From Escherichia phage HY02, in sequence record KM092515: a stretch of DNA of 64,000 bases; one strand, 5' to 3'. Below are positions 26,068 to 32,227 of the stretch, in pieces; positions within the stretch are counted from its first letter, which is position 1, and the number at the start of each line of letters is the position of its first letter. Under the pieces are notes generated by a model. The model saw only the letters and a list, made by a program, of their open reading frames with translations. It was not told where the DNA came from and did not search any database. A program made the position numbers and the translations under genes.

Positions 26068-26199
26068 CAGAAGACCGTTTACAGCAAAACTTAAACAATC
26101 TATTTCTCCGGTAAAGAAAAGGCGAAGGTTCGATTCCTTCACTCGGCAGATGTCGAGTTGGTGTAATGGTAGCACTTAAGATGATAAACAACGGTCTGG
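26068..26199 (+). ncRNA. Y-RNA-like element 4 (YrlA-like) with permuted tRNA-like domain
   Basis: terminal stem AGACCGTT/AACGGTCT; internally T-arm GAAGG-TTCGATT-CCTTC (26124-26140), acceptor-like helix ACTCGGC/GTCGAGT capped by AGAT (26141-26158), D-arm GTGT-AATGGTA-GCAC (26161-26175); T-arm precedes D-arm. Confidence 0.55.
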
Positions 26200-26204
26200 T
26201 AATT

Positions 26205-26339
26205 ATCTTTGTAGATAAGTTATTAAGCTTACCTGTGAGTATGCGACCACAAAGGTGAAAGGGTAAATTCTAGATTTAAACCCAAAAAGACACATCGCTA
26301 CAGACCTTAAGCAAGTCTGGGTAGCTTATCTACAAAGAT
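26205..26339 (+). repeat. structured element closed by a perfect 15-bp inverted repeat
   Basis: ATCTTTGTAGATAAG (26205-26219) and CTTATCTACAAAGAT (26325-26339) flank about 105 nt containing hairpin CAGAC-CTTAAGCAA-GTCTG. Confidence 0.5.
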
Positions 26340-26347
26340 AATTTAAT

Positions 26348-26423
26348 GGAAGTGTAGCAGAATGGTGATGCGGCAGACTTTTAATCTGACAGGCGATGGG
26401 TTCGAATCCCTCCACTTCTACCA
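26348..26423 (+). tRNA. tRNA-Lys (UUU)
   Basis: acceptor GGAAGTG/CACTTCT, anticodon stem CAGA/TCTG with loop CTTTTAA, encoded CCA; T-stem has two mismatches shared with the CUU paralogue. Confidence 0.5.
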
Positions 26424-26427
26424 ATAT

Positions 26428-26504
26428 GGTTCAGTCGCAGATAAGGTAATGCAAGGGTCTCATAAGCCCTATGAATGTGGGTTCGATTCCCATCTGAACC
26501 TCCA
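26428..26504 (+). tRNA. tRNA-Met (CAU)
   Basis: acceptor GGTTCAG/CTGAACC, anticodon arm AGGGT-CTCATAA-GCCCT, T-arm GTGGG-TTCGATT-CCCAT, encoded CCA. Confidence 0.65.
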
Positions 26505-26505
26505 A

Positions 26506-26581
26506 GCTGGTATAGTTAAGAAGGTTATAACACTCCCCTGATAAGGGAACATCGGTGGTTCGATTCCACCTACCAGTACCA
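26506..26581 (+). tRNA. tRNA-Ile (GAU)
   Basis: acceptor GCTGGTA/TACCAGT, D-arm GTTA..TAAC, anticodon loop CTGATAA, T-arm GGTGG-TTCGATT-CCACC, encoded CCA. Confidence 0.65.
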
Positions 26582-26596
26582 ATTTCAATAAAGTTG

Positions 26597-26625
26597 TTGA
26601 CATTGAGATGTGACTACTTTATAGT
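26597..26625 (+). promoter_or_regulatory. internal sigma70-like promoter within the tRNA cluster
   Basis: TTGACA, 17-bp spacer, TATAGT. Confidence 0.5.
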
Positions 26626-26828
26626 AACCTTAGTTTTCGTTGCGTAGCGTCTATTTTGCAAATTTAAAATAAATGCAAACGACAATGTTTTTCTGGCAGT
26701 AGCTTGATAGGCTAAACACCAGTGAGGTCTTCCAATCCCTCATCAAAGAATTTGGCGTACTCGCCCACGGTATGATTAATAAGGTGGGCATCTTTAAGGG
26801 CTTTCTAAGAGAGTCTTTAAAGATTAAT

Positions 26829-26905
26829 GCACCCTTAGTTCAATTGGATAGAGCAACGGTCTTCTAAATCGTTAGTTACAGGTTCGAATCCTGTAGGGTG
26901 TGCCA
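26829..26905 (+). tRNA. tRNA-Arg (UCU)
   Basis: acceptor GCACCCT/AGGGTGT, anticodon arm ACGGT-CTTCTAA-ATCGT, T-arm ACAGG-TTCGAAT-CCTGT, encoded CCA. Confidence 0.65.
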
Positions 26906-27047
26906 ATTAGTTAGCAGATTACTTAGACGACCTAAGCGGGTCTTCCTGTAGGGAGGTGGTCTGTATCTCATGTTTTCCAGAACATGTAAATAATCTGAGA
27001 AGGGGCTTTACAGTGTTGAGATAATACGGTAAGCTTCGAATTATAGT

Positions 27048-27130
27048 ATGGGACGATGTTAAGACTCTAAGGCATGAGCAACGGCCTCCAAAACCGTTTC
27101 AAAGGGGTTCAACTCCTCCGTCCCATGCCA
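27048..27130 (+). tRNA. tRNA-like gene, possibly Trp (CCA); oversized D region
   Basis: acceptor ATGGGAC/GTCCCAT, T-loop TTCAACT, anticodon-like loop CTCCAAA, encoded CCA; 83 nt and D-arm not foldable by eye. Confidence 0.35.
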
Positions 27131-27143
27131 AAGTCTTATTAGG

Positions 27144-27231
27144 GGTAGGTAGCGGCTAATGGTAGCCAAACTGTCTTGAAAACAGTTGCCACTGTAGAGA
27201 TACGGTGAGGGTTCGACTCCTTTACTTACCG
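27144..27231 (+). tRNA. tRNA-Ser (UGA), long variable arm
   Basis: acceptor GGTAGGT/ACTTACC, D-stem GGC/GCC, anticodon arm AACTGT-CTTGAAA-ACAGTT, T-loop TTCGACT. Confidence 0.55.
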
Positions 27232-27489
27232 CCTAATAAGATTTTAAAGCCAAGCTTCATTCGGATGTTGCTTTGGTATCCCTCGTGTATTGTCGTACAC
27301 ACTGATAAAACACCTAGTAGGTGTCACGGAGAAGAGATAATATCAAGCTCTCCAAAGGTTCTAGTCACCGGATTAAACAAGACTATGCAAAGGCCTTTTT
27401 AGGTCTTTTTAGAGGGCTTCTAAGGTTATTACGGCTTGTTGTGGAACCTTGTTGCTTAGGTTCTTAGAAGTTCTCTAAAAAGATTTAAT

Positions 27490-27567
27490 GGGAGATTGAC
27501 GGTAATTGGTAAACCTACCATCCTTAGAAGTTGGTGTTTGAGGGTTCGAATCCCTTGTCTCCCACCA
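27490..27567 (+). tRNA. tRNA with UAG anticodon (Leu-type) but short variable arm
   Basis: acceptor GGGAGAT/GTCTCCC, T-arm GAGGG-TTCGAAT-CCCTT, anticodon loop CTTAGAA, encoded CCA. Confidence 0.4.
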
Positions 27568-27574
27568 AATTAAT

Positions 27575-27650
27575 GCAGGTGTAGCAAAATGGTTATGCGG
27601 CTGACTCTTAATCAGTAAGACGATGGGTTCAATTCCCTCCACCTGTACCA
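27575..27650 (+). tRNA. tRNA-Lys (CUU)
   Basis: acceptor GCAGGTG/CACCTGT, anticodon stem CTGA/TCAG with loop CTCTTAA, encoded CCA; body paralogous to 26348-26423. Confidence 0.5.
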
Positions 27651-27656
27651 AACAAT

Positions 27657-27732
27657 GGGGTCATAGTTTATATGGTTAAAATTCGAGTTTTGCAAACTTG
27701 GGAACTGAGTTCAATTCTCAGTGACTCCACCA
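27657..27732 (+). tRNA. tRNA-Ala (UGC)
   Basis: acceptor GGGGTCA/TGACTCC, anticodon loop TTTGCAA, T-arm CTGAG-TTCAATT-CTCAG, encoded CCA. Confidence 0.6.
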
Positions 27733-27738
27733 ATTAGT

Positions 27739-27813
27739 GCATCCATAGTTTAAACGGGAAAATTACAGTCTTCCAAACTGAGGTTGAGGGTTCGATTCCC
27801 TCTGGATGCTCCA
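27739..27813 (+). tRNA. tRNA-Gly (UCC)
   Basis: acceptor GCATCCA/TGGATGC, anticodon stem CAGT/ACTG with loop CTTCCAA, T-arm GAGGG-TTCGATT-CCCTC, encoded CCA. Confidence 0.65.
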
Positions 27814-27820
27814 AATTAAT

Positions 27821-27896
27821 GCTCCTATCGTATAATTGGCTATTACGGTTGCCTTGTAAGCAACTTATCAGGGTTCGAATCCTTGTGGGAGCACCA
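27821..27896 (+). tRNA. tRNA-Thr (UGU)
   Basis: acceptor GCTCCTA/TGGGAGC, anticodon arm GTTGC-CTTGTAA-GCAAC, T-arm CAGGG-TTCGAAT-CCTTG, encoded CCA. Confidence 0.7.
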
Positions 27897-27993
27897 ATTT
27901 AGAGGTCAAGTGAAAGACCGCTTTGAGTCAACTGAAGACCGTAACAAATTCCACGGAGTTGAGTTAGCGGCACAACTTCAGACCTCTTTTCAC

Positions 27994-28068
27994 ACTCGCT
28001 TAGTTTATATGGTAAAACATCACCCTTACAAGATGAAGAAAAAGGTTCAAGTCCTTTAGTGAGTACCA
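27994..28068 (+). tRNA. tRNA-Val (UAC)
   Basis: acceptor ACTCGCT/AGTGAGT, anticodon loop CTTACAA, T-arm AAAGG-TTCAAGT-CCTTT, encoded CCA. Confidence 0.6.
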
Positions 28069-28069
28069 T

Positions 28070-28147
28070 GTTCCAGTATCCCAATTGGCAGAGGATGCAA
28101 GCTCAAACCTTGTACTAGTGACGGTTCGAATCCGTCTTGGAACACCA
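28070..28147 (+). tRNA. tRNA with CAA anticodon (Leu-type) but short variable arm
   Basis: acceptor GTTCCAG/TTGGAAC, anticodon arm GCAAG-CTCAAAC-CTTGT, T-arm GACGG-TTCGAAT-CCGTC, encoded CCA. Confidence 0.45.
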
Positions 28148-28152
28148 ATTTT

Positions 28153-28228
28153 GCAGGATTAGTTCAAATGGATAGAGCAACAGTCTACGAAGCTGTTAAT
28201 AGGGGTTCGAATCCCTTATCCTGCGCCA
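28153..28228 (+). tRNA. tRNA-Arg (ACG)
   Basis: acceptor GCAGGAT/ATCCTGC, anticodon arm ACAGT-CTACGAA-GCTGT, T-arm AGGGG-TTCGAAT-CCCTT, encoded CCA. Confidence 0.65.
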
Positions 28229-28247
28229 ATTTAAAGAGGCTATTTAA

Positions 28248-28805
28248 ATGAGATACTTGAAGTATGCTTCATGGATTTTCTTAGCTTTGCTAGAACCATT
28301 GGCAGCAATCTTAGCAGTTATCTTAGCACCTTTTGTAGTTCCATTTTACAGTGAGAAGAAAGGACACTTACCTTTTGGATTCAGATGGATGGAGACATAT
28401 GACAACCTGATTGATGGTGATGAAGGTCACGTTAAAAGATGGGCTAAGATTAGAAAGATTGGTAAGCTTGGTGTCTATTTGCAGAGAGTTGGATGGCTCT
28501 GGAGAAACAAAGCTTATAACTTCTCTTACCATGTGTTAGGAAGAGATGTAAAAGATGTTACTAAGTGGAAAGGTAATATCAACGTAAGTTCTGACCCTGA
28601 AGATAATCAGACAGGTTATCTCCTAATGTGGAACAGTAATGCTTGGGGATTATTCGCTTTTATCCCATCAATTAAAGTCTTTGGTAAACAATTCTACTGG
28701 AGAATTTATGTTGGATGGAAGCTAAAAAGTGTTGTCCCAGAAGAAAGAGCATTCTCAAGGGAAAGAGTTATGTTGGCATTCTTTATTCATCCACTGAGAA
28801 AGTAA
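28248..28805 (+). CDS. hypothetical membrane protein embedded in the tRNA cluster
   Basis: 185-aa ORF with N-terminal hydrophobic helix (IFLALLEPLAAILAVILAPFVVPF); lies between tRNA-Arg and tRNA-Gln. Confidence 0.5.
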   Translation: MRYLKYASWIFLALLEPLAAILAVILAPFVVPFYSEKKGHLPFGFRWMETYDNLIDGDEGHVKRWAKIRKIGKLGVYLQRVGWLWRNKAYNFSYHVLGRDVKDVTKWKGNINVSSDPEDNQTGYLLMWNSNAWGLFAFIPSIKVFGKQFYWRIYVGWKLKSVVPEERAFSRERVMLAFFIHPLRK

Positions 28806-28813
28806 AGATTTAA

Positions 28814-28889
28814 AGGGGATTAGTTTACAAGGTTAAAACCTCGGTCTTTGAAATCGAAGAAGTTGGTTCAATTCCAACATCCCCCGCCA
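28814..28889 (+). tRNA. tRNA-Gln (UUG)
   Basis: acceptor AGGGGAT/ATCCCCC with unpaired 1-72, D-arm GTTT..AAAC, anticodon arm TCGGT-CTTTGAA-ATCGA, T-arm GTTGG-TTCAATT-CCAAC, encoded CCA. Confidence 0.65.
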
Positions 28890-28891
28890 AT

Positions 28892-28970
28892 GCTCCATTA
28901 CTCCAATTGGCAGAGAGGCCAGACTTAAAATCTGTGTTATGTATCGGTTCGAATCCGATATGGAGTACCA
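28892..28970 (+). tRNA. tRNA with UAA anticodon (Leu-type), atypical architecture
   Basis: acceptor GCTCCAT/ATGGAGT (alternative TACTCCA/TGGAGTA), anticodon stem CAGA/TCTG with loop CTTAAAA, T-arm ATCGG-TTCGAAT-CCGAT, encoded CCA. Confidence 0.45.
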
Positions 28971-28975
28971 AATTT

Positions 28976-29051
28976 AGCGGTATAGCATAACTGGCAATGC
29001 AGCAGTCTCTGAAGCTGTCTTATTAAGGTTCAAATCCTTATGCCGCTGCCA
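28976..29051 (+). tRNA. tRNA-Gln (CUG)
   Basis: acceptor AGCGGTA/TGCCGCT (A1-U72), D-arm GCAT..ATGC, anticodon arm GCAGT-CTCTGAA-GCTGT, T-arm TAAGG-TTCAAAT-CCTTA, encoded CCA. Confidence 0.55.
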
Positions 29052-29082
29052 CTTCTAAGGATTCTTACGAGAGTCCTTAGAA

Positions 29083-29158
29083 GTGGCCTTATCATAAATG
29101 GTAATGACCCATGCTGTGAACATGGTCTATACGGGTTCAAATCCCGTAGGTCACCCCA
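29083..29158 (+). tRNA. tRNA-His (GUG)
   Basis: acceptor GTGGCCT/AGGTCAC, anticodon arm CCATG-CTGTGAA-CATGG, T-arm ACGGG-TTCAAAT-CCCGT, encoded CCA. Confidence 0.7.
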
Positions 29159-29163
29159 ATTTA

Positions 29164-29240
29164 TAGTCCAAGTAGCTTATATGGTTAAAGCGCGTGTCTG
29201 AAAAACATGAGAAGAGGGTTCAAATCCCACTGGACTACCA
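29164..29240 (+). tRNA. tRNA-Phe (GAA)
   Basis: acceptor TAGTCCA/TGGACTA, D-stem GCTT/AAGC, anticodon arm CGTGT-CTGAAAA-ACATG, TTCAAAT T-loop; spacing between acceptor and D-stem is non-canonical. Confidence 0.5.
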
Positions 29241-29256
29241 ATTTCAAAGGTGCTTA

Positions 29257-29991
29257 ATGAAAGAGATGACAGAACAAGGTAAGGAGATTTTTAATCTCTT
29301 AAAAACTGGTAAAGGGTTTTCTAACCCCCTTATTACTGGTGCAGCAGTTCTCGGTGGAACCGTAGCTGCCTCTACATCACTTGTAAGCTCTATTAGCTCT
29401 GTATCAGACCCTACAGTAAAGGATAAGCTTGTTGCTGCTGGACTTACAACAGTTCTGCTTAACAGCTTTACCACGAGTCTGACAAGCACTACATCAACTA
29501 CCAAAACACTAACAGATTACGGTCAAAAGTCCATTGATGAGTTTTCATCACGTATGCAGGTAGCAAAAGGTTACTCTAATGTTATGGGTGCAGCAGGTGA
29601 ACAAGTTGGCTGTACACCATTTAGTGGTATTATGGGTGTTGCTACAGAGTATGGTCAAAAAGCTATTGATACGATTAACAGTGCACTAGATAGTGTTAAT
29701 GGTGTGTTAAGTGACTTACAAGATGCTATTGACAAAGGTCTTGATACTATTTCTGATTTAGCTGAGCAAGCTGTTAGTAAGATTAATGAAGGTATTTCAA
29801 AAATTACAGCTTATGCAGATGAAGTTGTGCAGATGATTGAAGAAGAAGCTGCTCTTATTGCAGAGTACCTTAAAACGAATATCAATGGGTTCTTAGCAGG
29901 TATCTTACCAGACTGGTTTGATGATGCTTGTAAAACTGGTGTGATTGACACTATTGCAACACCAGAAATGAAGAACGCATTACAGAAATAA
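29257..29991 (+). CDS. hypothetical Ser/Thr-rich protein
   Basis: ORF track start 29194 overlaps tRNA-Phe; in-frame ATG at 29257 follows GGTGCTTA, the same context as the terminase start. Confidence 0.5.
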   Translation: MKEMTEQGKEIFNLLKTGKGFSNPLITGAAVLGGTVAASTSLVSSISSVSDPTVKDKLVAAGLTTVLLNSFTTSLTSTTSTTKTLTDYGQKSIDEFSSRMQVAKGYSNVMGAAGEQVGCTPFSGIMGVATEYGQKAIDTINSALDSVNGVLSDLQDAIDKGLDTISDLAEQAVSKINEGISKITAYADEVVQMIEEEAALIAEYLKTNINGFLAGILPDWFDDACKTGVIDTIATPEMKNALQK

Positions 29992-29992
29992 T

Positions 29993-30085
29993 GGAAGATT
30001 AACCCTAAAAGGTAAGGGAGCAGTTTGCTAAACTGCCAGTAGCTGAGAAATCGGTGTACCAGTTCAAGTCTGGTATCTTCCTCCA
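29993..30085 (+). tRNA. tRNA-Ser (GCU), long variable arm
   Basis: acceptor GGAAGAT/ATCTTCC, D-stem CCC/GGG, anticodon arm GCAGT-TTGCTAA-ACTGC, T-arm ACCAG-TTCAAGT-CTGGT, encoded CCA. Confidence 0.65.
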
Positions 30086-30089
30086 ATTT

Positions 30090-30165
30090 GAATCCGTGAC
30101 AGAAATGGCTATGTGCCTGTCTGCAAAACAGGTTTATAAGGGTTCGAGTCCCTTCGGATTCTCCA
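30090..30165 (+). tRNA. tRNA-Cys (GCA)
   Basis: acceptor GAATCCG/CGGATTC, anticodon arm CCTGT-CTGCAAA-ACAGG, T-arm AAGGG-TTCGAGT-CCCTT, encoded CCA. Confidence 0.65.
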
Positions 30166-30201
30166 AGTTATTTTACTCTCTCTCAATTAAAATAATAATA
30201 A

Positions 30202-30261
30202 TGCCCTGCTATAAGTATTCTTCCTTTCGCTACCGAAGAGTATTTTTAGACAGGGCTTTTT
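30202..30261 (+). terminator. compound hairpin terminator after the tRNA cluster
   Basis: outer stem GCCCTG/CAGGGC enclosing inner hairpin AGTATTCTTC...GAAGAGTATT, followed by TTTTTT. Confidence 0.5.
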
Positions 30262-30387
30262 TACAGAGTTATACTTTATAAGAAGCCTTATACAGTATGT
30301 CTCTGACGTACATTGTGGTTTCTCCTTGACGGTCTCTGTACCGTCTTTTTTAAGGGGGAACATGATTAATTATTTGGAGAAAACATA

Positions 30388-30588
30388 ATGAGCGAAAACA
30401 TCTATAAAGAACTTTATGAAGCTAATAAGAAGCTAGAATTTATGCAGAACACTATCATGGCAATTGCAGATAGATTGTCTGTAGCAACAGGTATTGATAT
30501 CAAAGAAGCCTCTATGGATGCACTTCTTGATGCTGTTGATGCAAAGTTCGAAGTTAAGAAAGAAGAGACTGCTACAGACTCTGAATAA
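30388..30588 (+). CDS. hypothetical small protein upstream of terminase
   Basis: 66-aa acidic ORF with RBS GGAGAAAA; position suggests a possible small terminase subunit but no motif supports it. Confidence 0.35.
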   Translation: MSENIYKELYEANKKLEFMQNTIMAIADRLSVATGIDIKEASMDALLDAVDAKFEVKKEETATDSE

Positions 30589-30609
30589 TTCTATTTGCGG
30601 AGGTGCTTA

Positions 30610-32211
30610 ATGGACTTAAACGCTATTAAGCAGAAGCGAGTGGAAGATGTTAGGAAAGTCCTAGCTGGAGAGTTGGGGCTTTCTGATGAAGTAAAAGAAA
30701 TTATTAAATCATTCGGTAAAGACCCCTCTAAATTCCTTCCAACTCAAATTCTGACTTTATTAAGATACACACCAGACCAAGTTAGACTTATCTTCAAATT
30801 AATGACTGATAAGAACTATGTAGCCCCTCAACCGGGTTCTCAAGAGGTGTTTTTAAATACTAATGCTGACTTGGTTTTATATGGTGGTGCTGCTGGTGCT
30901 GGTAAAACTGCTGCATTGTTAATGGACTCTTTAAGGTTTATTGAAGACCCTAACTATAATGCTGTATATTTCCGTCGAAATACAACACAGTTACAAGGTG
31001 GTTTATGGCCTGCTGCAAAGAAACTATTTGGTAAGTTTGGTGGGGTTCCTCACGAGCAGAAGATGACTATCACGTTCCCTTCTGGGGCAACTATTAAGTT
31101 CACCTACCTAGAACTTGAAAAGCACGCTGAAGGTCATCAGGGTATTGAATACTCAGCTATCTACTTTGACGAAGGTACACACTTCTCTGCTTCACAGATT
31201 TCATACCTACAGACCCGTCTACGTTCTGGTGCTGAAGGTGATTCATACATGAAGATTTCTATGAACCCAGATAGAGACCACTTCATTTATGATTGGGTAG
31301 AACCATTCTTAGATGAAGAAGGTTACCCAGACCCTGAGAAGTGCGGTCGTATTCGTTGGTATGTTATGAATGATGGTGTGATGGTTTCTGATTGGGAGAG
31401 AGACAAGATTCTTGAAATGTTCCCTCTTGAGATTCCTCAGACATACACCTTCATCTCTGGTACGATTGATGATAACCCAATTCTTGACTTCTTAGAACCT
31501 AAATATCGTGGTAAGTTGGAAAACAACACACCTGTAAACGTTGCAAGACTTCGTTTCGGTAACTGGAAGGCTCGTGCAGAAGGTTCAAACTATTGGCAAA
31601 GACAATGGTGTGAGATTGTTGATTCACTACCAGAAGATGTGTTTGATGTCAGAGCATGGGACTTAGCAGCAACTTTACCATCTGAAATTAACCCTAACCC
31701 AGACTGGACAGCGGGTGTTAAGATGGGTAAATCTAAAAAAGACGGTTGCTATTATATCATTGATGTAGTAAGATTTAGAGATAGACCCTCTGGAGTCGAA
31801 ACACAAATTAATTTGACTGCTGAAAGTGACGGTAAGCGAACTGGTATTTTTATCCCTCAAGACCCAGGCGCTGCTGGTAAATCCTATGCAACATCCCTCA
31901 TCAGGAAACTTGCCGAGAAAGGTTATCGCGCAAGAGCTAAACCAACAAATAAAGATAAAGTTACCCGCTTTGCGGGATTTTCTGCTGCTTCTGAAGCTGG
32001 ACTTGTAAAAGTCTTGAGAGGTAGTTGGAACGAAGCTTACTTTCAAGAACTTGAAGGCTTTTGTGGTGATGGTAAAACTAAAGATGACCAAGTGGATGCT
32101 ACCAGTGATGCTTTCAACAGTCTTAACGAAGTTAAATTATTCAAGCCACCATCAATGGGTGCTCACACAGACTTAGTGAGAGGAAACCCATATGAGGGGC
32201 TTAGACGTTGA
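30610..32211 (+). CDS. terL: terminase large subunit
   Basis: Walker A LYGGAAGAGKT near N-terminus; start at ATG 30610 after GGAGG RBS (ORF track start 30595). Confidence 0.85.
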   Translation: MDLNAIKQKRVEDVRKVLAGELGLSDEVKEIIKSFGKDPSKFLPTQILTLLRYTPDQVRLIFKLMTDKNYVAPQPGSQEVFLNTNADLVLYGGAAGAGKTAALLMDSLRFIEDPNYNAVYFRRNTTQLQGGLWPAAKKLFGKFGGVPHEQKMTITFPSGATIKFTYLELEKHAEGHQGIEYSAIYFDEGTHFSASQISYLQTRLRSGAEGDSYMKISMNPDRDHFIYDWVEPFLDEEGYPDPEKCGRIRWYVMNDGVMVSDWERDKILEMFPLEIPQTYTFISGTIDDNPILDFLEPKYRGKLENNTPVNVARLRFGNWKARAEGSNYWQRQWCEIVDSLPEDVFDVRAWDLAATLPSEINPNPDWTAGVKMGKSKKDGCYYIIDVVRFRDRPSGVETQINLTAESDGKRTGIFIPQDPGAAGKSYATSLIRKLAEKGYRARAKPTNKDKVTRFAGFSAASEAGLVKVLRGSWNEAYFQELEGFCGDGKTKDDQVDATSDAFNSLNEVKLFKPPSMGAHTDLVRGNPYEGLRR

Positions 32212-32227
32212 TAGCTAGGTGAGAAGA

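Noticed and set aside
26124-26175. Reading the T-arm/acceptor/D-arm order as a circularly permuted or split tRNA gene
   Set aside because: The segment is enclosed by a terminal stem shared with three other elements and sits next to a Ro60-like gene, which favours a YrlA-type tRNA-like domain; the alternative cannot be excluded without transcript mapping.
25510-26199. CRISPR array interpretation of the CAGAAGACC...GGTCTGG elements
   Set aside because: The conserved ends flank interiors of very different length (45 to 120 nt), are separated by tRNA genes rather than regular spacers, show stem covariation, and no cas genes are present.
26397-26410. Minus-strand tRNA suggested by the palindromic GGGTTCGAATCCC
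   Set aside because: On the minus strand the loop would read ATTCGAA, which is not a T-loop; the + strand gives acceptor pairing and an encoded CCA.
25420-28084. ORFs 25420..25671 (-), 27205..27402 (+) and 27899..28084 (-) inside the tRNA cluster
   Set aside because: They overlap tRNA genes or structured spacers and lack RBS context.
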